A DNA stretch of 59,008 nt, counting the filler, from Pirum gemmata (taxonomy: Eukaryota), in the NCBI GenBank assembly GCA_002812295.1. It is 8 parts of 8 records of this genome, joined end to end, with 100 filler letters (N's around TTAATTAATTAA, not from the genome) between each part and the next. Parts side by side here need not be neighbours in the genome. Positions count along the whole stretch, not along the records: positions 7,456 to 14,726 come from PDIN01000160.1; positions 14,827 to 22,044 come from PDIN01000161.1; positions 22,145 to 29,421 come from PDIN01000162.1; 5 more parts are not named here. One strand, 5' to 3'. Below the pieces are notes generated by a model. That model was not told the DNA's origin. It was given only the letters and a program-made list of their open reading frames with translations, and ran no database searches. The stretch's first letter is position 1. Each line of letters opens with the position of its first letter. A program made the position numbers and the translations under genes. Positions 12,211-25,421 of this stretch are shown here, piece by piece.

Positions 12211-12582
12211 ATAGGGTTAGGACTAGTACTGTTAGGGTTATTAGGGTTTGGGTTTAGGGTTTAGGGTTTAGGGTTAGGGTTAGGGTTAACAATTAGGGTG
12301 TACTAATAGCTTAGGGTTAGGGAGTGTTAGGGTTAACGATTAGGGTGCATTAATAGTTTAGGGTTAGGGTTTAGGAGTGTTTAGGGTTTAAGACTGTTAA
12401 GTTAGGGACTGTTCGGGTTAAGGTTGGGATTTAGGATTACTAGTATATACTTAAGGAGTGTTTAGGGTTTAAGGTTAGGGTTGGGTTTGGGGTTATGAAA
12501 TTAGGGTTAGGGTTAATTAAGGTTAGGGTTAAAAGGTTAGGGTTATAGAATTAGGGTTAGGGTTAGAAAATTAGGGTTAGGG
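12211..12582 (+). repeat. Degenerate interstitial (TTAGGG)n with TTTAGGG variants
   Basis: Direct reading. Confidence 0.85.
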
Positions 12583-13216
12583 ATTCGGGAAAGGGTATGA
12601 TATTAAAAAAAATGTTTTTAAACTATTGTAGTCTATTATGTCAGATCGAAGGGCTTGCGACTAGTTTACGCCGCATTCATCATTGATGTATTATATTATT
12701 AGTCGGTAGTCCTCGGCACTCTCCTCCTCGACAAAAACGGGTATAGACCGCCTCCTGAGTCCTGTCTATAACTAAATTATTTAACTGGTGGACTTCTAGC
12801 TAGCTACTAGTGTTAGGGTAGTATAGTGTAGTATTATGATAGTATGTAGTTTAGCATTTTTACAGGAAATTTTGTTAAAAATTCGATAAAGAAATCAAAG
12901 GATTCCAATAAATATTATTGATTATTAGGAATGACTCCTTGATTTTAAAGTGGTATTCTGGTAGAACCACATGCAGTCGCTAACAGAGGGACCCCGCTAT
13001 TATATATATTTGGTAGGTCATTTTATTTGATTTTTTTTAAAAAAAAAAAATTACTATTTCAAGAAAAAAAAATATTATCCAATAATAATAATAGAAATCC
13101 TGTAGAGTTGTCTTACTTACAAAAACATTACCTATAGAATTACAGAAAACCTACATATTTAGAAATACTCTATATATTTAGAAAAATCCCATTAAAGTTT
13201 TTTTAAAAAAATCATA

Positions 13217-13304
13217 TAGGGTTAGGGTTAGGGTTAGGGAGTGTTAGGGTTAGGGCAGCTTTAATATATATAGGGTTAGGGTTAGGGTTAGGGTTAGGGT
13301 TAGG
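13217..13304 (+). repeat. Interstitial (TTAGGG)n
   Basis: Two short tracts. Confidence 0.85.
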
Positions 13305-13466
13305 ATTTTTAAATACCAAATTTGATAAAAAAAACCAAAATTATATATTTGATTGCCACATTTAGATAAAGGATCCGCACGCGACATAATATAATATTAT
13401 ATCAACTAGTATACTATATATAATATTATATCATAATGAGTCATAATGATGTATACAGTATACTAG

Positions 13467-13543
13467 ATTGGCAAGTATGGGTTCTGATTACTTTACTCTT
13501 ATTCAACCTTGGTACTGGGCTAACGCAATTCCAATGGAAACTG
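13467..13543 (+). CDS. Possible small exon of an unidentified gene
   Basis: A GC-richer island bounded by TAG and GTTATA. Two frames are open (LASMGSDYFTLIQPWYWANAIPMET or WQVWVLITLLLFNLGTGLTQFQWKL). No family recognised. Confidence 0.3.
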
Positions 13544-13702
13544 GTTATATTATATATAAATAATATTCAAAAGTATTTTTAATTAAAACAGCTACGAATG
13601 ATGTGCGAAAACTACATAAACAAAAAAAAAAAAAACAAAAAAAAAATAACCTAACTTTATCTTCGTCATTACATTATCATTGTATGTATTATAATATACA
13701 TT

Positions 13703-13888
13703 GAGCTTTTCATTTATTTTGCCACTCTGAATATTTATTTGGAGGGTTATAATATTTAAATTAACATTTTTAAATCGATAAAATTAATATATAATAAAAT
13801 ATACCCAATTAAATTAAATGGATTTATATTGTATTGATTTGGAACTATTTATTGTTTATTTTATGATGACAAAACAACTGAAAAGTAT
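13703..13888. mobile_element. MITE family B copy
   Basis: Full-length similarity to consensus. Confidence 0.8.
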
Positions 13889-14726
13889 TATATTATTAAT
13901 AATATAGACACTTTTTGCGATAAAATATATGTACAGAGAGAGAGATAATACATATGTATATGAACCCATCAACGGGAACCCGGGCTGGTAGCCTTTCTTT
14001 AAACACCCATAACATTATCCACATTACTATTAATTGTTACTATGAAGATGAATATTAAAAGACAACTATATATAATTCTAGTACATTATGCATAATATCA
14101 TGGCTTACAATTAATCTTTATACTTATAATCATCATCATGTTCATAGTAACAACAGCAATGGAATCTTATGAGCATTTAATTAAAGAAAGTTCATATATA
14201 CATATAATATTATATAAGTTATATATATAATATAGTATTATTTATTATTATAATTAATTAGTTACAGTAATAAAAGCTATTTATATTATATATATTGTAT
14301 TATATAATATATTATTATATTATGTTATATTATGGTTGTTTAGCTGTTGTTTGAAAATTAGTATTTCAAATTATGTGTTATTTATAATTATACAGCTGCA
14401 GGTTTACATCACTTTTAAATTTTACATGTGGGCAAGTGTTCAATAACAACTTTGACCTTTGTTAAACTGTAGTACTGTTTTATCGGATAGTCTACATTAC
14501 ACATGATATTGATATATTAATTACATAAATATAATATTATTATCCGGTACACGCTTGTATTTAAGATACTAGACAAATAGTATCATTGCTAAACATGGCA
14601 TCTGTAAGTGTTTTAATTAATATTAAAATGTTATCATTAATTAATGTTATTAATATTATTACATTTTATATTATTAATATTATTATTATTATTATTATTG
14701 TTATTATTATTATTATTATTAATTAA

Positions 14727-14826
14727 NNNNNNNNNNNNNNNNNNNNNNNNNNNNNNNNNNNNNNNNNNNNTTAATTAATTAANNNNNNNNNNNNNNNNNN
14801 NNNNNNNNNNNNNNNNNNNNNNNNNN
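14727..14826. other. Artificial contig linker
   Basis: Same 100-nt spacer. Confidence 0.95.
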
Positions 14827-14917
14827 TTCTGGAAGTTCGCCGGTCCGAGCATCCAATTGGTAAGATGACGTCATCTCATCCCTCCTCTAGAAGTCTAGTA
14901 TCATGATACTAAAGAAT

Positions 14918-15128
14918 TTTTAAGTACTACAGCTAGTACTACCAAATTTTGAGAAATCGTTTGACTAAGAAAACTCTATTATCAACCAATGACTATCAAT
15001 GTATCATAGTTTTTTTTAAAAAAAAAAAATAATTTGGCTAGTTAGCCTAGGCTAGTAGTTAGCATAACAAAGTTCTCAATTTTTTAGAAAAGAAGTCTAA
15101 TAAAAAAAATGATTTCCACAGTTTTACT
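14918..15128. mobile_element. MITE family E, partial copy
   Basis: Shared AAGAAAACTCTATTAT, AATTTGGCTAGTT and TTTTAGAAAAGAAGTCTAA. Confidence 0.55.
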
Positions 15129-16370
15129 ATTTTTTTTATTATGGAGGTCTAAACAGTTTTATTATCATAATAATATGATAGACTATCTGGCTTTAGAAAA
15201 ACAAAAACAAAAAACAAAAAAAAAAGGCGGTCCTCAATCTGTAGGTGTCTGTCTGAGTGAGAGCCTGTCACTGTCAGTGTGTACTATTTTATGATAACAG
15301 TGTACAGTGTACTATCCAGGCACTATCATCTACCCTACTACTACTATCACATAGGTACTATCATAACTCTACTATGACATACTACGATAACCCTAGCTAG
15401 TTACTCTACTACTACTTAGCTAGCACTACTAGCTAGCTACTAGTGTATGACATAATATTTTTTTTTTTATTATGATATGATATTTATAAAAATCAATTTT
15501 TTTTTTTTTTTAAATAATTACCGTAGATAGTAATATTTCTATATTTTTGTCCTAATTTTTGTCCTATCATACATATAGAGAGATTATAACTCTCTCGACT
15601 GGTCTCTACGGTCTACCCTCTGCTGTAGAGTCCTGTAGAGTCTGTAGACTCTGTACCCAATGTAGTAGTCAGCTGTAGTAGTAGTCTTTTATGATATCAA
15701 CTGATAGACTGTAGTCTTAGTGTAGTCCTAAGTAGTGTAGTCTTAGTCTAGCCTAGTCTAGCTAGTAGCTAGCTAGCTAGCTAGATTACGTCCGTCCTAT
15801 GAAAAAATATTTATTGTAATATGTTTGCCATAATTAGCAACAAAAAAAGAAAACAAACAAATAACAAGCTTACCATTGGCGAATCATAACCACCTAAGTT
15901 CACCTAACAGCTCACCTAAAGTTCACCTATTAATAAACCCTATTATTAGCAGCTGATTATTAGCCCTATTATAGTCATTTTAAAAATTATTAGGCCTCAG
16001 AGAGAAAGTATTCAGAGTCTCAGACTGTATTCCAGAGAAAGCACAGAGACAGAGAGTCGTACTACACAGACTACAGCAGACTACAGAGAGTGTACAGAGA
16101 CTCTGTCAAAGAGAAAGAATTAGACCTATGATAGACATTGATAGTCTATAGTAACATAGTATAGTTATGATAATATGATCATAATGATGTAGTCATGACT
16201 CATGATGCTATGGTAGAATAGACTATTACACTACCCGGGTATATAATAATATTACACTCCTAGCTAGCGTCATAGCTAGGATTACATAGATTATTTCTTT
16301 ATTAGACCTCTAGCTAGCTAGTATAGTAGTAGCTAGTACTAGCTACTATATAAATAGACAATATATATGA

Positions 16371-16555
16371 TAGTGCTTTTCATTTGTTTTGTCATTATAA
16401 AGTATACAATAAATAGTACCAAATTAATATAATATAAATTCATTTAGTTTAATTTGGTATATTTTGTTATCTGTATATTGATTCAAAATTGTCAATTTAA
16501 ATATTATAACCATCCAAATAAATATTCGGAGTGACAAGATAAATGAAATGCACGA
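16371..16555. mobile_element. MITE family B copy
   Basis: TAGTGCTTTTCA...TGAAATGCACGA-TA. Confidence 0.8.
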
Positions 16556-17145
16556 TAATAATATCGATATTAGCTACTAGCTTAGTCTAGCTACTAGGAC
16601 TAGCTAGGAAGACAGAATTTCCAAAATATTTATGTAAACATTATAACCAAAAAAAGAATCTTGAAACATGTTTTACCATATATGGTAAGGTGGGAGTTTT
16701 TCATTTTTTGTATTCAGACAGTATTCAGACTCGAATTTCAGAAAGAGTCTTTTCTGAAATTGAAAAAAAAATTATCGACATGACTGATGATTTTACAAAG
16801 CATAACACACTACTGTAGTCTGTAGCTGGACCTATCATAGCTATGACTGAGATAGGAGTCAAGGACTTCAATTATTTTTTTTGAAGTCTTTGAAGTCCTT
16901 GCTTACTAATATATCGATATATTATGACAGATAGCTAGTAGCTAGCCTCAACTCTACTATGATACTATGATAGATCCATAGACTATAGCTAGCTACTAGC
17001 TAGAGTAGGGCACTGTAGGGCCCACAGTAGGGGTAACTAACTCCCTGAACTAACTCCTAGCTAGATAGCTAGAGCTAGCTAGCTACTACTGGTAGTGATA
17101 TCATAAAAATAAAATTTTTTTTTAATTAATAATTATGATATTATT

Positions 17146-17404
17146 ATAAAAGTGTAGAAGTCATTTTTTTTTTTAGACTTCTTTTCTAAAAACCTTTTTT
17201 TAAAATTTTTAAAAAAAAATTAATTAATGCTAACTAACCAAATTATTTTTAAAATTGGTTCATAATAGTTTCATAATAGTTTCATAATAGAGTTTTTTGA
17301 GTTGGAAGATTTTGATAGTAAGTACTTTTATTAAAAAATTGGATCATTTTCAGATTTTTTGTATTTTGAGCTCGCGGATGTCGCCATTTTTATCCGGCTT
17401 GGTA
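17146..17404. mobile_element. MITE family E copy
   Basis: Shared AGACTTCTTTTCTAAAAACC and GGATGTCGCCATTTTTATCCGGCTTGG. Confidence 0.65.
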
Positions 17405-17601
17405 TGCTGCATGCATAGTTATGCATAAAAAAAAAAAAAAAGTTTTATTCATGGTCGTTGATTTATTTTTAGACTGAGATTGAGATTGTGTGGTACTTGT
17501 GTGGTAATAGTGAGGTGAGATGCCCATCATGATCAAATGTATCGTAATCGATATCAGATCAGCTTGAATCTTTATTTTTTTTTAAAAAAAAACTACTTCA
17601 A

Positions 17602-17787
17602 TCATGCTTTTCAGTTGTTTTGTCATCATAAAATATACAATAAAAGAGTACCAAATTAAAATACAATAAAACCCATTTCATTTAATTTGGTACACTTTAT
17701 TATCTATTTATTTGTTTAAAAATGACATAATCAATCAAATAAAATTTAATATTCTGAGTGACAATATATAGACTAAATGAAATGCAC
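17602..17787. mobile_element. MITE family B copy
   Basis: Full length, with a TAGAC-containing insertion near the right end. Confidence 0.75.
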
Positions 17788-18470
17788 AATATATCATTTA
17801 GGATAATATCATATGTATCAAAGACCTCATTCATATAATATTATTGGTATTAATAAATTTTTAAAGTTACTACTTTTTCTATTTCTTTTTGCATCTAATT
17901 TATAATTTATATAAATATAGCCAGGCGGATGCATATTATGATATTTGAAAGTTTTTGAATACATACATTATATATTGTCAGAAGAATCTGATGTGAAAAC
18001 AATATCAAATTTTATCGTTATTTTTTGGGGACTGTAATAGTTTATGCCTGAACAATCAAATTGTTTTGTAGTCAAAGAGAAGCCACACATATATAATTTA
18101 TATTACAAAAAGTAAATATATTAATATGTACACTATATAGTACTGGCCATAGTCATCGTAGAAAATTTAGTAACAAAGTGACATTTTAATATTGTACAAC
18201 GCGTACGTTACGTAGCACTATATTGTACACGCACTTGATGATACTGCTAGTTTTGTTAAAAATAGTTTTGTTAAAAATTTAAAACAGAAAACCAATTTCA
18301 ATTACAAGGTTAGGATAAATCTAAAAATAAAACTGCTGAGGCAGTGGTAGTACATATACGTTAATTGCGTCGATGATTATATATTAATAATAGTGTACGT
18401 ATACGGTTGTCATATATACAGTGTCAGTGTTAGGGGGGGTTACAGTTAAGGTTCACAGTAGGTAGTTAAG

Positions 18471-18670
18471 CTTAGGGTTTAGGTTTAGGGTTTAGGGTTT
18501 AGGGTTTAGGTTTAGGGTTAGGGTTTAAGGGGTTTAGGGTTAGGGTTAGTGCTTAGGGCTTAGGGCTTAGGGCTTAGGCTTAGGGTTTAGGCTTAGGGTT
18601 AGGGTTGGGTTTAGATTTAGGGTTAAGGGTTAGGACTGGTTGGAGTTAAGAGCTGAATTAAGGGTTAGGT
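18471..18670 (+). repeat. Degenerate interstitial telomeric repeat (TTAGGG/TTTAGGG/CTTAGGG)
   Basis: Direct reading. Confidence 0.85.
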
Positions 18671-18992
18671 ATAAAGTTAGTTAGTCATAATTTAGTGGAA
18701 TCATTAATTGGATTGGGATTTTTTTTTTTTTCGTATCATATAGCCATTTATTTATAAAAAGAATAGCAGAAAAACAACAAACAACAAACAACAAACAAAA
18801 AACAAAAAACAACAAACAAACAACAAACAACAAACAACAAACGACAATTACAACAAACAACAAACAACAAAACAAAACAAACAAGAAACAAAAAACAAGA
18901 AACAAGAAACACCATATTACATAGTAGCATTATTATTATTTATTTTTAAATATATATATTATACGGATCCAGATGTCAGATAATCTGCTTTT

Positions 18993-19066
18993 TATATATA
19001 TATATAGCAAAAATCCGGTTATTTTCGCGGCGAAAATAACCGAATTTTTGCTATATATATATATAT
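18993..19066. repeat. 45-bp palindrome embedded in a (TA)n tract
   Basis: GCAAAAATCCGGTTATTTTCGC-G-GCGAAAATAACCGAATTTTTGC, one mismatch. Confidence 0.85.
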
Positions 19067-19981
19067 GTATATATAGAAATCCCTATATATATTTATATAT
19101 TCTTACTATATTACGTTTCTGATACTATTTAAAAACTATTTGTACAATACATATCAGATGTACAATTATTACAACCACTAAAAAGAACAGATAATTATTA
19201 TGGTTATATATGTGATTGTGATATTTATTGTAATGATAGTAATGACAATGAACATATTTTTTAATCTTCATAATGAAAATTAAAATATAACATTAATCCT
19301 GGTCTGCATTAGTAATGGAATATTTTAAAAAGTAACCTTATATCATCATTATTATAATATTGATATCATTACTTTTATTGTCATTTTAATATTACTTAAA
19401 AATAGGTTAACAACACGAACACTAAATAAACCAACACCAACACCCAGCACCAATTCCAACATCAATGCCAAAAACCCAATACCAAAACCAATATATTAGC
19501 AATAAACGCGAAAACTAACACTTGATTTGATAAATGATGCTACGTAAAAAATAACCGTGACCATTATAATATTGTATTTTTGTTTTTGGATGGGTTGGAA
19601 TGAGGTTGTGTGTGTGTGTGTGCATGTGTGTTATTGTTACGTCTTGTTTAGGCACTGTATTTTACTATTTCAGATTAAAAAACGAAACATAATTAAAAGG
19701 AAAAAAAAAACTTGTGTAAAATGTTTTTATCGATTTATTACAAATACACCCTATTTATAAGGTACCACATAAATCAATAATTGAAATGGCAACGAACGTT
19801 ATTGCCATTGCACAATCATTATTTTATTTCGTTCAAATTAGTAGGGTGCAATAGAATATATAAAAAAAAATAGGAAAAAGAATCGTCAAAATTACCAAAG
19901 GTTTACCTTAGCAATCATAAGCAGTTTGACACCAACTTAAGGAAACGTAATAACTCAAAACTAGCATGTAAAAATAAAAAA

Positions 19982-21939
19982 TTAATCAACATCAACATCC
20001 ATGCCTTCAGTTTTAGGTTCTTCGGCAGGTGTTTCAGTTGTTGGAGTTTCAGTGGTAGCTTCGGCCTTTGGCTCTTCAGCTTTAGGTTGTGGTGGTGGAG
20101 TAGCTACTTTTGGTGCTGGTTTTGGCTTATTCAAAATTGGATTTATTGTAGTTTGTAGTTTACGCATTTGATCCTCAATAGAAGCGGTTTGAACAACAGG
20201 AACTTCGTGTAATGGTGCAGCTACAAAAAGGGGGGTAAAAGATAGATTTAGTAACGGGTTAGTAACGATTCAATGATTAATTAACTTAGTAATAATTCAA
20301 TATTTGACAAAGCTCTTAGTAATGATTTAATATTTGACAAAAAGGGTTAGTTAAGATTCGAATTGTTCAAAATTCCAAAAAACAATGACGTAACAAGAGA
20401 TAGTGTAATGATTTAATATACTTAACAAAAGCGTTGGTAATGATTCAATATATATCAAAAGGGGTATCAATGATTCAGAATTTAACAAAAGGATTGATAA
20501 ATTTAACAAAGGGTTGGTAATCAACAAAAGGGTTAAGCTATGATTCAAAGTGGACGTTCGAAAATTCAAATAACAATCACTACTGTTGTATGTGTTGTAT
20601 ATACCTTTTTGTTCAGCCATTTTCTCATTTAACCATTGTTCTTTAGCTTCGATAGCGTCGCCAACCTTCAGTAAAAATAATTTTGCAAATGAATTTATAA
20701 ACAAACGGTAAAATTACACAAATATTTCACCACAAATAAAAATAATATAAAATAGTAACAACAATAACAATAATAATAAGTAGAATAATAAATAATGATA
20801 ATAAATAAACAAATAATAATTAATAAATAACAATAATAATAATAATAATAAATAAATAAATAAATAATAATAATAATAGTAACAACAACAATAATCATAA
20901 ATAATCATAATCATAATAATATTAATAAATAATAACCTTTTGCATTTCAGCTTGTTCTAGGTGAGCATATTTTTCATTTCCTTCAGAGTATAAACGAACC
21001 GCATTACGCGCAATAGCAATAGCAGCTCGTAACTCTGCTTCAGCTCTTGGTCTGGACTCGCCTGTTACAAATAATTATTAAAATTAATATATTATTTAAC
21101 TGTCTGTACCATCAATAAAAATCCCATCAATACCAACACAAACACAGACACAATTACTGTTAAAAAATATTAAAAATAAACTTCATATGTAATTTCATAT
21201 GCCTCACCATCAAAAACTCACCATTGCTACTCAATTATCACTCAGATTATCACTCAAATTACCACCATCCTCTTAGAAATCACCAATACAACAACAATAC
21301 AAAATCACAACTACATCGCCGACACAATTTTCAGCAAAACAACACCAACACCACATTTAATTTATACCTTCTCTGTAACGCAATGCAATAGGCTCAGAAA
21401 TGGACTTCAGCTCGTCCAGTTTTTCATCATACAATTTCTTTTCACAATCTTCACCGTCACCATATAACCAGTCTACCATATCGTCAAGTTTAACAAATAT
21501 TTCGTCTACTTGCTCTTGTAGGACGTATGGTTTATAATTATCTTCCAGCTTATCTCGCAAATCATATGATAATTCTTCGACAGCATTCTTGCTGTTTAAT
21601 CTAGATTTTTCGTTTCGATCATGCTGAGCCATGTCTGCTTCTTTTTGACTATATTCAGCAATTTGATCTGATAATTATAAATAATAATTGTCAAAATATG
21701 ATTATAATAATAATAATAATAACGACAAGGAAATCAATATATGATACTTTTTAATATATTACGAAAACTAGGTTGGTAGGTATTACCTTCGGTGAATAAA
21801 ATCCCACTTGAAACAGCAAGAGAAGTTTTGTTGATTTTTTTAACCATCTTAGGTTCTGCTGGTTCGGCTGGTTCGGCTTCTTCTTTGTTTTCACCTTCTG
21901 CTGGTTTGTCCCCTTCTTTTTTATCTACTTCCATTTTCT
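19982..21939 (-). CDS. Hsp110/SSE-family (HSPA4/HSPH1-like) chaperone, 3' part; exons 21787-21939, 21368-21667, 20937-21061, 20605-20665, 19982-20220; 5' exons lie beyond the segment end
   Basis: Five exons join in frame through GT-AG introns with matching phases. Peptides KEADMAQHDRNEKSRLNSKNAVEELSYDLRDKLE, DWLYGDGEDCEKKLYDEKLDELKSISEPIALRYRE, EKYAHLE and PILNKPKP, an acidic insertion, and the C-terminus GMDVDVD are typical of Hsp110 rather than canonical Hsp70 (no EEVD). Confidence 0.92.
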
Positions 21940-22044
21940 CTATAAAAATAACATGCATATTATTAATAATAATACTAACACACATATTAAAACAATTTTT
22001 GGTTTTTTTAAATTATAATAATACCAACACACACACACACACAC

Positions 22045-22144
22045 NNNNNNNNNNNNNNNNNNNNNNNNNNNNNNNNNNNNNNNNNNNNTTAATTAATTAA
22101 NNNNNNNNNNNNNNNNNNNNNNNNNNNNNNNNNNNNNNNNNNNN
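22045..22144. other. Artificial contig linker
   Basis: Same 100-nt spacer. Confidence 0.95.
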
Positions 22145-22265
22145 CACCCTAACCCTAACACACCCTAACCCTAACACACCCTAACTCTAACATACCCTAA
22201 CCCTAACACACCCTAACCCTAACACATCCTAACCTAACACACCCTGACCCTAACACACCCTAACC
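22145..22265 (-). repeat. Telomere-derived 16-bp minisatellite CACACCCTAACCCTAA
   Basis: About 7 units at a segment start. Confidence 0.8.
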
Positions 22266-22745
22266 ACATCATATTAATATTTTGCTGATAAAAAATTAAA
22301 GTATCCCTTGATCTGTATTAACAAGGTAATCATTTTGAAATTAATATAATCATAATAAAACTGAGAAAATGCCCAGGGCCTTATAATTAAGCTTTAATTT
22401 TTAATTGACCTTTTCTTTTAAAAATGATAAGAATAATAATGATAATGAAAGAGTTACAATTGAGCCAGAGCATATATGATACAAACAATTTCATTAAGGA
22501 ATAAGAGCTAAAACAGTTAATTAACTATAGGTATAAAACAACAACACATATGCATGTACTTCATTCACACGAAAGTTTCAATTTGTACAATGTCATGTAT
22601 TATTAATATTAGCATACAGATTTTTTGAAAAAGCATTTGCACATTTTTTAGTATGAGCAATTAACGAATTAAATATTTTCGAATGGGTAATGAAAGAAAA
22701 TCCGATGAACCCATATGGCAGATTTATTCCGCATGGGTGTTATTA

Positions 22746-22785
<40 letters not shown>

Positions 22786-22863
22786 GAGCTATCCGTTTTT
22801 AAAACACGTGCGTAGTTCTCGTAGTTCTCGTGATTTAAAGTACAAGTTTTTATATTATTGAAA

Positions 22864-23019
22864 AGTGGTTTTTAATTGTTTTGTCATCATAAAAGATACA
22901 ATAAATATATAGTACCAAATTATTACAATACAAATCCATTTAATTTAATTTGGTATTAATTTAAAGATTATAACACTCCAAATAAATATTCAGAGTGACA
23001 AAATAAATGAAAAGCACGA
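22864..23019. mobile_element. MITE family B copy, internal deletion
   Basis: Similarity to consensus; intact right TIR. Confidence 0.75.
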
Positions 23020-23483
23020 TTATATTTTTTAAATATAATTCATCAAGAACAAGCAAGAGTTAATTAAAATCCATAAACAAATTTGTTTGGCTCAAATAGC
23101 ACAAAAAACAAAACTGAGAAACAAATTTTACTTATATAATCGGTACCAAACCCTTTTATTAAAATATCTGTTTCTTAAAATAAAAATATACATAAAAAGA
23201 ATAATTTTAAAGTTAAATTGGACCGTTTTCCTGTTAGTGTTTGTTCTCTTTGTCTATTGTTTTCAAAAAATTCAATTAGTCTATATTCCAATTATATTCT
23301 AGTATTCTTTCATATATATAGTTATACAATTATCCATCTTCATCTTTTTACTAATCTTTACTAGTTATTTTCAAAAAATTCAATTATATTCTTGTGCGCT
23401 TTTTCATATAGATTTAATACAATTATTCACCATCATCTCTGATAGTATCTTAGGATATGTTTCGAAAGAAATATACTGCAACT

Positions 23484-23539
23484 AACCTAACCCTAACCCT
23501 AACCTTAACCATAACCCCTAACCCTAACCCAAACCCAAA
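23484..23539 (-). repeat. Interstitial (CCCTAA)n, degenerate
   Basis: Direct reading. Confidence 0.8.
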
Positions 23540-23834
23540 CCCTAACCCAAACCCTAACCATATGCATGAGGTCTAGAATATAAGGCAAACGCAGATTACG
23601 CCATAATAATATTAATAACAATAATAATAATAATAATAAATATTTTTCAGCGCGGGGAAAGTTCGAATATATATTTTTTTATAATTATATGACCATATTT
23701 GAAATAATATGAAACGTTACGATCACTTTCATTTCTTTCATATATAGTATTATTATTAATGAAAAAGAAATTCCAACTTCCCACACGCTCATGGCCAGTG
23801 CCTTGGCTACCTAGACTTTCTTTAAACTCTTATT

Positions 23835-24225
23835 ATATGTCTATTGCTATTGTTACTAGAAGATGATCAATAAGACAACTACCAGTAAAAATCTAAAGAT
23901 GAAAAAATCTGAAGATGGAATTGAATCTAGAAGGGTATTTTTGACAACTAAGACAACTAGATTGGAATTTTTAGACTTTAAAACCATCATTTGAATCGAT
24001 ATTTTTTTTTGATCCTTTATTTTGCTCAAAAAAAAAAAAAAAAAAAAAGTGTATCCAGATGTCGATTAAAGAGTTTGAAATACCAATCTAGATGCCTTAC
24101 TTGACAAAAATACCCTTCTAGATTCAATTCCATCTTCAGATTTTTTACTGGTATATAGTACATGACTTCATCTTTATACTTACAATAATCATCATCTTCA
24201 TAACAGCAACAGCAATGGAGATACG
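23835..24225. repeat. Imperfect long inverted repeat with a perfect 42-bp core
   Basis: 23902-23943 is the exact reverse complement of 24105-24146; the outer arms are diverged; related sequence at 13993-14190. Confidence 0.8.
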
Positions 24226-24331
24226 AGCGTTGAAAAAAAAAGTCAAAGGACCCGGTTACACATCGGAAGAAAATATTATTATCCGCGTTTCCCTCATACA
24301 TACTTAGACCTTATATCATATGTGAATTTTT

Positions 24332-25421
24332 TTACTTTAATAGTCTGAGTAATTCTTCTTTGATTGCAGAGCTTAACCCGGATTTGTAGGCTTCGTTAAC
24401 AGATTTCATTAATTCTAGCATTTCTGTTTCAAGTTCTAAAGATGTATCAGTGCGAAGTTCTGATTCTTCTTGTAACATATGCAATAAGATTTCCCCTTGT
24501 TCAACATTTTCTATTCCGATTTCTCTTATTTTTTTCGTGGTTTCAATTAATAAACTTCTACGTCTTTTTTTCTGTTCTTCACTTTCCATTCTCGAGCAAG
24601 TTCTTTTTATAACAGGTGGTATCTCTGTTCCGTTTTCTTCCTTTTCTTTAGTGTTATTATTATCATCATCATCATCAGCCTTTTTCTCTTCGTTTTCTAC
24701 ATTGTTTTCTATTGCTGGTATATTTTCTTCAGTTTTGCTTTCTTCTTTGTTATCTTTGTTTCCCTCTTTGCTTTCTTCCTTGTTTTCTTCTTTTATGTTT
24801 ACTTGTTCTTTAATTTCTTCTTCTTCAACCTTTTCCTTTTCTTCTTTATTTTCTTCCTTGGTTCCTTCCTCGTTAATATTTTCTACTTCCACTCCCCCTT
24901 CTGTATTAGTTTTTACTTCGCTTTCTACTTGTTCTTTACTATTTTCTGTGTCTTTTTCTAATTCCTTTTCACCATTTTCATCAACTTTTGAAGAAGGTAC
25001 TGGTGATATTTCTTCCTTGTTCTCGTTTATTTCTTCTTTTTCCTTGTCTGATTCTTTAGGTGGGGTACCTTCTGTTTCTTGTTGTATCTCTCCTTCAGTT
25101 GTTTGTGCTTCTTTATTATTTTTTACATCTCTTTTTTCGTCCATCGTTTCCTTTGTTTCTTTAACTACTTCTTCTCCTTCTGGAATAGTCTCCCCAGCTT
25201 TACCGGTTTTGAGATTTTCTTCGCTTTTTGCTTTCAAGTCTTTCTTTGTACTTTTGCGTAAAGATAAAAATGAAGATAGTCTGTTTGTACTGTTACTACG
25301 AAAAGTTCGAAATTTTCCTCGGGATGCTTCACTAGTATCATTATCATCAGAGTCATCTATATTGTTGTATTTATTTTTAGAAGGAAATAAATTTATGCGT
25401 GTATGAAGGTGAAGGTAGCAT
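24332..25421 (-). CDS. Acidic Glu/Lys-rich, largely disordered protein with a helical C-terminal region; function unknown; 5' end uncertain
   Basis: The frame is open from about 25423 to the stop at 24332, longer than the ORF track shows. It has strong GAA/AAA codon bias and lacks the intergenic TAGC matrix. There is no in-frame ATG near the 5' end. Confidence 0.65.

Noticed and set aside
20351..20914. ORFs of 66-117 aa within the Hsp110 locus
   Set aside because: Intronic microsatellite read-through; only 20605-20665 is a real exon.
22145..22265. True chromosome end at a segment start
   Set aside because: A variant 16-bp unit rather than pure CCCTAA; most other segments also end in simple repeats, so an assembly break is more likely.
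24450..25406. 318-aa Ser/Phe/Leu-rich ORF on the plus strand
   Set aside because: Antisense shadow of the GAA/AAA-rich minus-strand frame; no independent coding signal.
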